Below, one piece after another: positions 11,217 through 23,700 of a stretch of DNA of 64,000 bases. The notes below the pieces were generated by a model, which made no database searches, was not told the DNA's origin, and worked only from the letters and a program-made list of their open reading frames with translations. The first letter of the stretch is position 1; every line of letters begins with the position of its first letter. The position numbers and the translations under genes are program-made. The stretch is from Felis catus (taxonomy: Eukaryota). The DNA is taken from contig NC_058368.1 of NCBI RefSeq assembly GCF_018350175.1, positions 120,034,001 through 120,098,000 on the forward strand, given 5' to 3'.

Positions 11217-13007
11217 TGATGAACTGAATCTAAATAGCCTTCACCCCTTCAAAATGTCCGATTTTCATAAGTTTCCGTCTGAGGGAATAAGAAACTTGTT
11301 GGAGTCAGTTGTCCAAGTTGTGTTTATTTTTAATTTTTTAACAGATTGTTTTAACAATTGTTTTTTATTGTTTCAGACTGAGAATGTACAATGCACTGGC
11401 TACATTTATATTAGTTGCCATGGTTTCCAATACTTTAGAAATTGTCCAAGAAAGGAGTGGAATTTTTCTCACTATGCAAAGATGTTTTTCCCCAACTTGT
11501 TTGTGCCCACGTAATGTACCAGTTTGAATCGTCTGCTTCTCTCTTTCCCATCTGTGCTGTTTGCAAGGGGCGGGGAGAAAACAAAACCAAAAAAAAAAAA
11601 AAAAAAAAAGCAGGTGGAAAGAGTTAGACACAGCTTCCATTCCAGAGGCAATTAGCTCAAAATTAGACTCTCTCGTGTATCCTGAAGGTCTCTGTCGACA
11701 TGGTATAGATGCGGCACCTATAGCACATTTCACTTTGCTCAAATCACTCCTACAGGAAAGTGTAATAGTTTTTGCGGAGATGGTAGGGCAAAGGCCACGG
11801 TTGTCAAGAGGCAGTCCTGCTGGAGATACCGTGCTAACAGCTTCATTGCTGCTGCTGTGGCAGTGGTTCTTATTTATTTTTTCTGACCAGTTGAAGGGGT
11901 CTGCCTTCACAGGGATGACTGCGTTTGGTTCTGCTCTAATTGCTTCTCTGTATTTTTATCTCAATTCGCCCAAAAAGGAGAATGCATCTTTCTCTCGGGA
12001 AAGTGTTACTTTGCATTCTCTGGCTCGTTTTCCTTGAAGCAGCTTTGGTGTCCTGGCATGACTTTCTTAATGATTGCTCTCATTTCCTGAACACTTGCTT
12101 TGTTCCTGGAACCAAGGTTAATGACAGTGACAGTATCCACTTGACCTTCAAAATAACCCTGTACAATTGATGTTGTTATTATCCCCATTTTATACACAAA
12201 ACAGCTAGAATCTAATTCATGGGCGTGGGACTTTAAAATAGATCTTTGTAAGACCAGGCATTTCTTAACTCATTCTCTTATGAAATTTGCTGAGAGCTTA
12301 CTATGACATAGGCAATTAAAAAGTGCTGGCAATTCATTACTGAACAAAATAGATAAAGTTATTACTGTCATGGAGCTTCCATTCTACTGGCCTTGAAACA
12401 AGGCAATGGTATTTCTCATATGTCTTAGTGAAATCAAAGAAATATTTTGCCAGAAAATATTGGGATACTTAAGTATGTAAGTTCGGGTAACACTCATATC
12501 AGCAAAGTTGGCTGGACTATTTCTAGAGAAGGAAGCTCTAATAGAAAAGTTTGGAGTGCCTGCTTAACCTTGTATTCTCTTCTCTGAGTGAGTTCCTTCC
12601 AATCATGGGGATATGCCCAAAGAAGCTTGTCTTTCCTATGTTACATTACCCTCTCAATCACCATGGCCAAACCCATGGGCTCTTACCATGGCTAGATAAA
12701 TAACATTTTTTTCTTAATTTCAAATTCCAAATTCTATACTAATGATACTTAAAAGACTGCTGATTATTTGAAGAGAGATTTAAACTGATTTTTGGCTGTC
12801 ATTCTTGGCTATGTACATGCTGGAATACAGGAAGTTTGCCTTGAGGGTGAGAGAGAGAATTGTGGCGGAGGGGGCAAAGTAGTAGATGTGCACAGAGAAG
12901 CAGTAATACAGAAGCATGTGATCCTGGAGACAAGAAAACCCAGAGGGCCCTCCCTTCATATAGCCCTTGACTTTCTTTGTTTGTGCTGTCACGGAGCTTG
13001 CCTATGA

Positions 13008-14480
13008 GATTTGGTACCGGGAGTGGTCCTAGGAAGCAGCCTGCTAGAAAGGAGTTTTGGAGGGGATCCCCTCCCACCAGTTGGTAATGGGGACACCATC
13101 GCTGATGGCAGACGGAGTTAGCAACAACCACTAGCATGAAGTCACAGTGTATATGCTAGGCGGTGAACCAGTACAGGGTACAACAGAGGGGATGTACCAG
13201 CCGAGGCGCTTTCTCACGCATTTCAAGGGTAGAGAAAGATACTAATTATAATGATACCGTGCTGTCCACCATGGATATTTTGAAAAGAAGACAGGACAAG
13301 CTCAGGATAATTGATAACCAAATTCAACTAAAGCATGAGGGTCAAAGGGCCTCCTTGGCAGCTTTTAAAGAGAATTTTACCAGCTGCAACTGGAGGGCAT
13401 ACCCAGGTAACAGACCTGGGGGGCTGGCAGAATTTTGGAGATAGCAGATTCCCAGCCTCTGTAAGTCTCCTCTGCCAAATCAGAGCCAGTCAAGTGTGTT
13501 CCAGGAATGGGGATGACTGTAACTGGGTAGACTTACTTGAGCAACTTGAATTTGCACATGGTCCCGATCCCTTTGCACCTGAAGAAGTGTCTCACTTGCT
13601 CTTGTTGGAAGATAGAGCCCAATCCACCCATCTATCCCCATACCTTTTACAGAAATCGCAAATGAGGCAAGTGCTTTATAAGATAATTTTGGTCTTCAGA
13701 ATCTGCTTCCTGCTCTTCCTCCCCTGGTTCGCAGACCAGTAATGAAGAAGGGAGGGCAGAAAGAGCTGCTCTGATAAGGTGGAGTAGGAGTTACATGCTA
13801 AAGAGGCCACACGATTTGACTGTCTTATACTAACTGCAAGTGCAGAGTTGGAGCCTGTGGCTGCAGAATCAAGGTATTAAATTGAATAAGGAGAGCTTGT
13901 TGATAGGAGGCACTCTCCCATGTCAAAGGATTGGCATTCTATCAGGACGCTGGAAGCTGGGCCTGGTATGTTTCTGGAATAAGCCTTAGAAGCTTGAATA
14001 AATTGGTCCCATGTTCAATGACCTAGAGATGGCAGAACTTCCATGGCAGATAAAGGAGGAAGGCATCAGAAGACTCAGATAAGTGGCATGCTAGAATGGG
14101 TCTACTGTACAAGAATGGAAAACCCACGAGCTCACTGTATCTTACGAGGCTCCTGAGCACACTCCATTTACTAAGGGGATAACTGACAAAGTTTGGAGAA
14201 GAGTATTGGCATGACATGGTCCTTAAGAAGCTCAGTGGGGGCTGTCACCTGAGGCCAGAACTGACAGTAGGACATGATGGTACAGAACTGAGATGTCTGG
14301 TGACAGTGGGGATAATAGGATTTTAGATTACCAGAGGCCAGAGGGAAACTCTTAATCATCTGAAGCAAAGTGGGCTTAAATATCGTATTCATTAATTATG
14401 CTGTAAAGTGAGCAGCAAAGTTAGAATGGCATCCAAGAGGCCTGACCTATGGGAATCGATGAGATGTCTAATGAAGCCCT
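13008..14480 (+). mobile_element. ERVL-class internal fragment (leader plus decayed gag)
   Basis: Starts ttggtaccgggagtggtcctaggaagcag. 14026-14079 translates EMAELPWQIKEEGIRRLR, followed by MLEWVY and EHTPFTK, matching my recollection of ERVL/MaLR gag. Confidence 0.75.
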
Positions 14481-15215
14481 CCGTGCATAAATCATGAGTT
14501 TCCAAATCCTTCTTTCAGGCTTACATCTAGGGGACTTGACATAAGATGACCCCTTACATAGCCCTAGAACTCTCCTGTCTGGGCCTTCGTCAATTTGGAA
14601 GCATAGAAGAGAAACCTTCTCATTCTAAAAGTTATGTCTGGGCCTTCCAGGAAGTTGCCAGGCAAGGGACAGCAGGATGGCAGCCATTGGTATGTACCTA
14701 CCTTGTCCCCCTAGAATACAAACAGATCTATTTGCTCAGCCCAGAATAAAGGCCCTGGAAATATAGCTTGAGCTGGTTGGTGTGGGAGCAGGGAGTGCTC
14801 CCTGTGGTTGCCAGACGGTGTAAGCTCACACAGATGAGGCGTGTGGGCTCTACTGGATGGACTGGGGCAAGACCAGGTGAGTTAGACGGTGAGTGAGGGT
14901 CCAAGTTGATCACCAGGATGAGCCCCAATAAAAGAAGCATGTGCTTTCATAGATGACTTGGTGCTTTTTAAGTGGCTGTGTTTTCATTGGATACTGTAAT
15001 AGGTTGAGTTATTTTGGGTTATGCAGGAGAGAAACGAACTTAAGTTCATTCAGAAGGAAATCTATTAACTCACAGAACTCCAGGGAGGGTTGAGTAAGCA
15101 CACCACAAAAAAGGCAAGTGAATAACCAAATCAAGAACAAGTGGGGCCAGGAACACAAATGCTGTCAAGTCTTAACCCCTGACTCTCCACTCTTTCTACC
15201 TCTGTGTTTTTTCTT

Positions 15216-15430
15216 TTCCTTTTCTTTTAATTTTTTTAATGTTTATGTATTTTTGAGAGAGAGAAAGAGAGAATATGAGTGGGGGAGGTACTGAGAGAGG
15301 AGACACAGAATACGAAGCAGGCTCTGAGCTGTCAGCACAGAGCCAGATGTGGGGCTCGAACTCACGAGCCATGAAATCATGACCTGAGCTGAAGTCGAAC
15401 ACTTAACCAACTGAGCCACCTAGGCGCCCC
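15216..15430 (-). mobile_element. Can-SINE
   Basis: TSD acctctgtgttttttctt at 15198-15215 and 15432-15449. Confidence 0.95.
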
Positions 15431-15946
15431 AACCTCTGTGTTTTTTCTTATGTGAGATCCTTAAATATTTGGAGTCTGTTGACTCATCAGTACAATGGAA
15501 ATGACTGCATCTACCTCACTGGGTCATTAAGAGAATTAGAGGATAACACGTGCAAAGAAATAAAATACCACAGTAGGTGTGTTAGCATCCATTAGCATAG
15601 CAATGCCAATAGCTTTAATCTCCTGGCAGTGTGAGTTCATGGACTATTGGGGTTACGTTTTATGCGCATTCACTTATTCCTATAAAGTAATGCCAGCATA
15701 GGACTTGCCATGTTAATCAAAATATGACATATATTTTCTGCACCTTTACATTACAATAGCCCACCATCCACATTTAAACCTATCACTCACCAGTTTAGAA
15801 AAGAAGTACTGAGTTTGGATGGACACATGCACACCCAGGTTTGCATTATTATTCTATCCCTGGCATTACCATATTAGAAACTACTTATTTATGTGACCAT
15901 AAGTAGAGTTATGTCATTGTGATTATGGAGCACTGCACGTGAATTT

Positions 15947-15981
15947 TACACTTGATCTTAGCCAAAAGGCCGAGGAGCAAT
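15947..15981 (-). pseudogene. RNU2: U2 snRNA 5'-fragment (nt 1-35) tailless retropseudogene
   Basis: Reverse complement attgctcctcggccttttggctaagatcaagtgta versus U2 ATCGCTTCTCGGCCTTTTGGCTAAGATCAAGTGTA (2 mismatches). Flanked by repeated gtgaatttt(t)aca. Confidence 0.92.
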
Positions 15982-16691
15982 GTAAGTGAATTTTTACATG
16001 CTATCAATGCATAAAGGATGGGAACATGCAATAAAGACCACAGTTACCTAGTGTTTTCACATCTGAAGATTTATTTAAGGCCAACGTATTTAGAATTTGT
16101 ATTATTTAGACACATGTGTTAGCTCTAAATTTCATCAGCATATATAGATACATGCTTTCTAAGGATTTCTGAAATAACTCTTTTCCTTTATAGTGTCTGT
16201 TTTTCTGGGCCTGTTGGACCGATTTTCTTAGAATAGAGGAGAAAGGAAACACATGTTAATTTTGTTTGCTTGGAGAAGGTACTGGGAACCTGTCTCCTGA
16301 GGTACACCTGTTCAATTCTAGCTCTGGCTTGGAGCCACACTTTCCCCAGACTGGTTCATTTCTGGGGAAATAGCCATGCTTTTTCAATCCCACCTGGAGT
16401 GAGGCCTGAAAGTGACATTTTAGTTTCTGGTGTTGGTTCCAGGAGGTTCATTTCTCCGCTTTCACAAGGAGGGTCTTTAACAACGCATGGCCTCAGTAGA
16501 CCGGATTCCCAGGCCAGTGAGTTCTATTTAGCACTGGAGGCAGACCAAGAGTAAGAACATTCCTGTAGGAAAAGAAAGACAAGCCATTCATTATTTGCTT
16601 GCTTGTAATTGTGCCTTTCCTTGCTCACAGAGCTGTAGCAATGTTTGTGTTGTTTGTATTAAAGCAGAGGGATGCTTTTTCCAGACATAGT

Positions 16692-16912
16692 TTTTTTTTT
16701 TTTTTTTTAACATTTATTTATTTTTGAGACAGAGAGAGACAGAGCATGAACAGGGGAGGGGCAGAGAGAGAGAGGGAGACACAGAATCGGAAGCAGGATC
16801 CAGGCTCTGAGCCATCAGCCCAGAGCCTGACGCGGGGCTCGAACTCACAGACCGCGAGATTGTGACCTGGCTGAAGTCGGACGCTTAACCGACTGCGCCA
16901 CCCAGGCGCCCC
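16692..16912 (-). mobile_element. Young felid Can-SINE
   Basis: TSD tttccagacatagtttt; long pure T tail. Confidence 0.97.
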
Positions 16913-17060
16913 TTTCCAGACATAGTTTTAAAGCAGATAATACACAATCCTATAGTTATGTGGTTTCCTAGTTTTCTTCTTCCTTTTTTGTTCCACCTCC
17001 AAAACAAGTGAAAAGCAGCACTGTCACTTGCACTCACCTTGGAGCTGGGCAGTTCCAAAT

Positions 17061-17540
17061 TGTCTTAGCCTGAATTTCTAGAAAGCAGAACCTGGGTGAA
17101 GCCTTTTGTGGTACCAATCCACAAAGTGGGTGGATACAGTTCCAGAGAGTCTCACTGAAGGGAGAAGAGGTATGAGGCAGGGAAAGAACAAAAACCAATG
17201 AGCCAACATAAACCACATTACTAAGTGAGCAACTACTTAGTATCAAGTGGGACTGATCTCTCCATCTTGCAGGGCTGTCTTCACAGAAGTTTATAGACTG
17301 CTTCTCAGGAAAGATCATGCAAGGGAAGAAGGAAGACATTTATTCTCTCTTGTTAGATTTCCACTGGCCCAATGTTTCCCCCAATGAAGCATTGATTCCC
17401 TCATACTTTCCAGCAGTATCTCTTACCTCAGCCTCCGAGGTAGAGACCTGAGGAGAGAGATAAGCTGCATACAGGGTGCAAGTGAAGTGTAATGCTCTGC
17501 AGCTGTGTCTGTGGGAAGTGAAGTCCAGTTGAGAGCTAGG
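17061..17540 (-). mobile_element. ERVL solo LTR (LTR33-like)
   Basis: Begins tgtcttagcctgaatttctagaaagcagaacctg, the reverse complement of an ERVL LTR 3' end. Confidence 0.6.
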
Positions 17541-17611
17541 TGAGACAGAAGATCGACAGTAACCCCTAAGAGTTGTTTTGTATACATGTTAATTTGCAAG
17601 TAGACCTTTTT

Positions 17612-17828
17612 CTTTTTTTTTTTTTTAACGTTTATTTATTTTTGGGACAGAGAGAGACAGAGCATGAACGGGGGAGGGGTGGAGAGAGAGGGAGCCACAG
17701 AATCGGAAACAGGCTCCAGGCTCTGAGCCATCAGCCCAGAGCCTGACGCGGGGCTCGAACTCACGGACTGCGAGATCGTGACCTGGCTGAAGTCGGACGC
17801 TTAACCGACTGCGCCACCCAGGCGCCCC
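17612..17828 (-). mobile_element. Young felid Can-SINE
   Basis: Flanked by repeated agtagaccttttt. Confidence 0.97.
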
Positions 17829-17859
17829 GAGTAGACCTTTTTCTTAAATAGATATGGGG

Positions 17860-18090
17860 TACAGTACTGCACAGTGGTTAAAAGAATGGGCTTTCATTCT
17901 GGCAAAGGGGAGTTTAATGGTAGCTTTGCCACTGTCTTTGGGATTTGGGGACACACAGGATTCTCATCTGTGAAATGGGGCCAAGAAAAGGACCTACTTG
18001 GTCAGCTTTTGTGAAGATTAGGTAAAATAAGTCATGTATGGCATTTCACACACTATCTGATCTCTGACAAGAACCGAAAAATTGGTAGGT
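17860..18090 (+). mobile_element. MIR remnant
   Basis: cagtggttaaaagaatgggct ... ctcatctgtgaaatgggg core. Confidence 0.6.
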
Positions 18091-18493
18091 ACTGTTACTG
18101 TTACCCCATTTCTGGCATTCATGTCTGTGATAATAAGACTTTATGTATAGAGCGTTTAAATATTTTTCCCCCAAATCCACAAGTTGGTTTAGGAATAACT
18201 GATTATTTCTGTGTATAATTTGAGACACTGAAATGGAAGAGTAAAACTAGTTAGAGGGCAGCCGATAGAGACACACATGCAGAATTTCAGTGATGAGTTG
18301 CAGAGGAAGGAATCTGAATTTAATAAGTTCTCTGTTTGTTGTGATACAGCTTATCCACAAGCCAACATTTGGAAACTACTTTTATAGACTATAACTACCT
18401 CTAACCACAAGCTTTGACATTCCTATCAGTTCCAATAGGATTTATGAGATTTGGGGTGGTGTTTTTCTTTTATAACTTCCCTAAGGTAAAATC

Positions 18494-18498
18494 ACACA

Positions 18499-18537
<39 letters not shown>
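18494..18537. repeat. (CA)n microsatellite
   Basis: Seen directly in the sequence. Confidence 0.95.
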
Positions 18538-18538
<1 letters not shown>

Positions 18539-19166
18539 TTTTCGTGGGTTTTTTGTTTTGTTTTTTCTTGAGGGTTTGGACACAGGGTACAAAGGAAATA
18601 ATTCGAGTGCTGTAAATTGCTTGAGTTTAATTCTTTTGGGGAATGTATAGAAAGAAGAAATGATGAGTTTTCCCCTAAACTTCCCAACTTTCATACATAC
18701 TCTTAGTAACTAAAAAGTTTTAAAGCGTTCTGTGTGGATTCGACTCTCAGTTATGCTTTACAGAGATTGTGTGTTTTGTGAACTCTGAGCACCAGTTGTG
18801 ACTCCATGGCCAGCATGCGAGGCTAGCTGGCTTGCCTCCCCTCTGAGGAAAGCATGCGTTTACCCAGGAAACAGTCACTCAGTTTTAACATTGGCCTCAG
18901 CAAAACCTATTTGAAGGCAAATCCAGTGATCCTGAAAAATTAAAATCCGACTTGAACACCTTCCAAAACCAAGTTGAAATGACTTTCGGATTATCCATGG
19001 TAGTGGATTATTCACACCACTGCTCTTCTATTAACAAACAGTTATTGAGAGTTAACCATCTAGACGGTCTCAAAACTGTGAATGGGCACCGTTGCAAGTC
19101 TGTTGGACCCAACTCAGAACATGCTTCCATGTAAAATGTGTAAAGAACTGTGGTTAGACTCAGAGA

Positions 19167-19232
19167 TCAGTGGTTCTCAAAGTGTGGTCCCTGGCCAGCA
19201 GCATCAGCATCGCTTGGGACCTTGTTAAAATT
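19167..19232. mobile_element. MER5A-like terminal fragment
   Basis: cagtggttctcaaagtgtggtccctggccagcagcatcagcatc. Confidence 0.75.
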
Positions 19233-19251
19233 CAAGAAGTTCTTTAGCTTT

Positions 19252-19469
19252 GTTTCTGTTTTTTTTTTTTTTTTAACCTTTGGTTTTCAGAGAGACACAG
19301 AATGTGAGCAGGGGAGGGGCAGAGAGAGAGGGAGACACAGACTCCCAAGCAGGCTCCAGGCTCTGAGCCGTCAGCACAGAACCTGATACGGGGCTCAAAC
19401 TCACAGACCATGAGATCATGACCTGAGCTGAAGTCAGACGCTCAACCGACTAAGCCACCCAGGTGCCCC
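19252..19469 (-). mobile_element. Can-SINE
   Basis: TSD agaagttc(t/c)ttagcttt at 19235-19251 and 19470-19486. Confidence 0.95.
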
Positions 19470-19567
19470 AGAAGTTCCTTAGCTTTTTGTATAATGAGAT
19501 ATGGATAATAAAAGAAACATTGTAATAGATGAAATGAACTGCCTTGTAAGTCTCCAATGACAGGATC

Positions 19568-19620
19568 CACTGGGTGTTGCATGGAAACCAATTTGACAAA
19601 AAAATATTTTTAAAAAATTA
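19568..19620 (+). mobile_element. Minimal L1 3'-end fragment
   Basis: 19568-19598 matches the L1 3' terminus at 4578-4608 at 30 of 31 nt, then an A-rich tail. Confidence 0.85.
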
Positions 19621-20742
19621 TTTGTATACAAAAAAAGAGATTCTTGCTTTAGGTGAGGCATTAGATGAGAAAGTTGCTAAAGTTGTTTGCCACACTGACA
19701 TTATTTGCTATCAGCAAGAAGTGGGTGGTCAGCATGTCTGACCTTGGTGTCGCAGTTTAACTCTCATCCACGGTTCATGCAGCCACACGAGTACTCATTA
19801 CTTTCATATGATTGCAGGTCTTTTCCTGAGTTTTGCTGCAATACATACATGAACTCCAAAAAATGTTTCAGAAACAATTTTACAAATGAGTCTTGTGATC
19901 AGAATTTCTGAGGTTTAAAGACTTTAAAAAGTAATTAAAACCAGTAAAAGAAACCTGTGTCAGGGATGAGGTAAAAATGTTTTACATTACGATTTAAATC
20001 TATATTTTCATCCTTATGGACGGAAAATAATTAATAATAACATAGTTTATCAAGTTTTAGCCTAAGTTGTTAGTGTCATGAATAATAAGGAAATAACATT
20101 TGTGTAGTGCTTTGCAGAGTAAAAAGTGCCTCCCCAGATATGACCATGCTTTCTCCTTCTGGTGACCTTGTGAGCATTTATGATAATTACTCTCATTTTA
20201 TGAAAGAAGAAACTGGTATTGGGGAGTGCAGTTAGTTACTTATCTAGGATCACTGTTCTAATTAGTGATGCAGGAGGAAGTGGATGGAGTCTAGGCCATT
20301 GATTTTATAAAGTCCATATTCTTTCCCCTGCACAAGTGGTTTTTAAATGATTTTACCTCAGGACCCCATTTACCAAGGACCCTGAAGATTTTTTCTTCAC
20401 AGGACTTATATCTATAGACATTGACCATATTGTAACTTAAACCTGAGAAAATATTAAAATACTATTTCATTTATCTTGAAATTTTTAAATTTTTTTTAAT
20501 TTTAATTTTAATTTTTTTCAATATATGAAGTTTATTGTCAAATTGGTTTCCATACAACACCCAGTGCTCATCCCAAAAGGTGCCCTCCTCAATACCCATC
20601 ACCCACCCTCTCCTCCCTCCCTCCCCCCATCAACCCTCAGTTTGTTCTCAGTTTTTAACAGTCTCTTATGCTTTGGCTCTCTCCCACTCTAACCTCTTTT
20701 TTTTTTCCCCTTCCCCTCCCCCATGGGTTTCAGTTAAGTTTC

Positions 20743-23700
20743 TCAGGATCCACATAAGAGTTAAAACATATGGTATCTGTCTTCTCTGTATGACTTATTT
20801 CACTTAGCACCACACTCTCCAGTTCCATCCACATTGCTACAAAGGGCCATATTTCATTCTTTCTCATTGCAACGTAGTACTCCATTGTGTATATAAACCA
20901 CAATTTCTTTATCCATTCATCAGCTGATGGACATTTAGGTTCTTTCCATAATTTGGCTATTGAGAGTGCTGCTATAAACATTGGGGTACAAGTGCCCCTA
21001 TGCATCAGCACTCCTGTATCCCTTGGGTAAATTCCTAGCAGTGCTATTGCTGGGTCATAGGGTAGGCCTAATTTTAATTTTTTGAGGAACCTCCACACTG
21101 TTTTCCAGAGTGGCTGCACCAATTTGCATTCCCACCAACAGTGCAAGAGTGTTCCCGTTTCTCCACATCCTCGCCAGCATCTATAGTTTCCTGAATTGTT
21201 CATTTTGACCACTCTGACTGGCGTGAGGTGATATCTGAGTGTGGTTTTGATTTGTATTTCCCTAATGAGGAGAGACGTTGAGCATCTTTTCATGTGCCTG
21301 TTGGCCATCTGGATGTCTTCTTTAGAAGACATTTTCTGCCCATTTCTTCACTGGATTATTTGTTTTTCGGGTGTGGAGTTTGGTGAGCTCTTTATAGATT
21401 TTGGATACTAGCCCTTTGTCCAATATGTCATTTGCAAATATCTTTTCCCATTCCGTTGGCTGCCTTTTAGTTTTGTTGGTTGTTTCCTTTGCTGTGCAGA
21501 AGCTTTTTATCTTCATAAGGTCCCAGTAGTTCATTTTTGCTTTTAATTCCCTTGCCTTTGGGGATGTGTTGAGTAAGAGATTGCTACGGCTGAGGTCAGA
21601 GAGGTCTTTTCCTGCTTTCTCCTCTAGGGTTTTGATGGTTTCCTGTCTCACATTCAGGTCCTTTATCCATTTTGAGTTTATTTTTGTGAATGGTGTAAGA
21701 AAGTGGTCTAGTTTCATTCTTCTGCATGTTACTGTCCAGTTCTCCCAGCACCATTTGTTAAAGAGACTGTCTCTTTTCCAGTGGATATTCTTTCCTGCTT
21801 TGTCAAAGATTAGTTGGCAATACTTTTGTGGGTCTAATTCTGGGGTTTCTATTCTATTCCATTGGTCTGTGTGTCTGTTTTTGTGCCAATACCATGCTGT
21901 CTTGATGATTACAGTTTGTAGTAGAGGCTAAAGTCTGGGATTGTGATGCCTCCTGCTTTGGTCTTCACAATTACTTTGGCTATTCGGGGCCTTTTGTGGT
22001 TCCATATGAATTTTAGGATTGCTTGTTCTAGTTTTGAGAAGAATGCTGGTGCAATTTTGATTGGGATTGCATTGAATGTGTAGATAGCTTTGGATAGTAT
22101 TGACATTTTGACATTTATTCTTCCAATCCATGAGCATGGAATGTTTTTCCATTTCTTTATATCTTCTTCAATTTCCTTCATGAGCTTTCTATAGTTTTCA
22201 GCATACAGATCTTTTACGTCTTTGGTTAGGTTTAGTCCTAGGTATTTTATGCTTCTTGGTGCAATTGTGAATGGGATCAGTTTCTTTGTCTTTCTGTTGC
22301 TTCATTATTAGTGTATAAGAATACAACTGATTTCTGTACATTGATTTTGTATCCTGCAACTTTGCTGAATTCATGTATCAGTTCTAGCAGACTTCTGGTG
22401 GAGTCTATCGGATTTTCCATGTATAATATCATGTCATCTGTAAAAAGCAAAAGCTTAACTTCATCTTTGCCAATTTTGATGCCTTTGATTTCCTTTTTTT
22501 GTCTTATTGCTGATGCTAGGACTTCCAACACTATGTTAAACAACAGCGGTGAGAGTGGACATCCCTGTCTTGTTCCTGATCTCAGGAAAAAAGCTCTCAG
22601 TTTTTCCCCGTTGAGGATGATGTTAGCTGTGGGCTTTTCATAAATGGCTTTTATGATCTTTAAGTATGTTCCTTCTATCCTGACTTTCTCGAGGGCTTTT
22701 ATTAAGAAAGGTTGCTGAATTTTGTCAAAGACCTTTTCTGCATCGATTGACAGGATCATATGGTTCTTATCTTTTCTTTTATTAATGTGATGTATCACAT
22801 TGATTGATTTGCGCATGTTGAACCAGCCCTGCATCCCAGGAATGAATCCCACTTGATCATGGTGAATAATTCCTTTTTTATGCTGTTGAATTCGATTTGC
22901 TAGTATCTTATTGAGAATTTTTGCATCCATATTCATCAGGGATATTGGCCTGTAGTTCTCTTTTTTTACTGGGTCTCTGTCTGGTTTAGGAATCAAAGTA
23001 ACACTGGCTTCATAGAATGAGTCTGGAAGTTTTCCTTCCCGTTCTATTTTTTGGAATAGCCTGAGAAGGATAGGTATTATCTCTGCTTTAAACATCTGGT
23101 AGAACTCCCCTGGGAAGCCATCTGGTCCTGGACTCTTATTTGTTGGGAGATTTTTGATGACTGATTCAATTTCTTCACTGGTTATGGGTCTGTTCAAGCT
23201 TTCTATTTCCTCCTGATTGAGGTTTGGAAGTGTGTGGGTGCTTAGGAATTTGTCCATTTCTTCCAGGTTGTCCAGTTTGTTGGCATATAATTTTTCATAG
23301 TATTCCCTGATAATTGCTTGTATCTCTGAGGGAATGGTTGTAATCCATTTTCATTCATGATTTTATCTATTTGGGTCATCTCCCTTTTCTTTTTGAGAAG
23401 ACTGGCTAGAGGTTTATCAATTTTGTTTATTTTTTCAAAAAAACAACTCTTGGTTTCGTTGATCTGCTCTACAGTTTTTTTAGATTCTATATTGTTTATT
23501 TCTGCTCTGGTCTTTATTATATCTCTTCTTCTGCTGGGTTTAGGCTGCCTTTGCTGTTCTGCTTCTATTTCCTTTAGGTGTGCTGTTAGATTTTGTATTT
23601 GGGATTTTTCTTGTTTCTTGAGATAGGCCTGGATTGCGATGTATTTTCCTCTCAGGACTGCCTTCGCTGCATCCCAAAGCGTTTGGATTGTTGTATTTTC

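Noticed and set aside
4657..20486. Possible inversion between the two inverted L1s
   Set aside because: Each L1 retains its own matched TSD pair; a single crossover would have swapped them.
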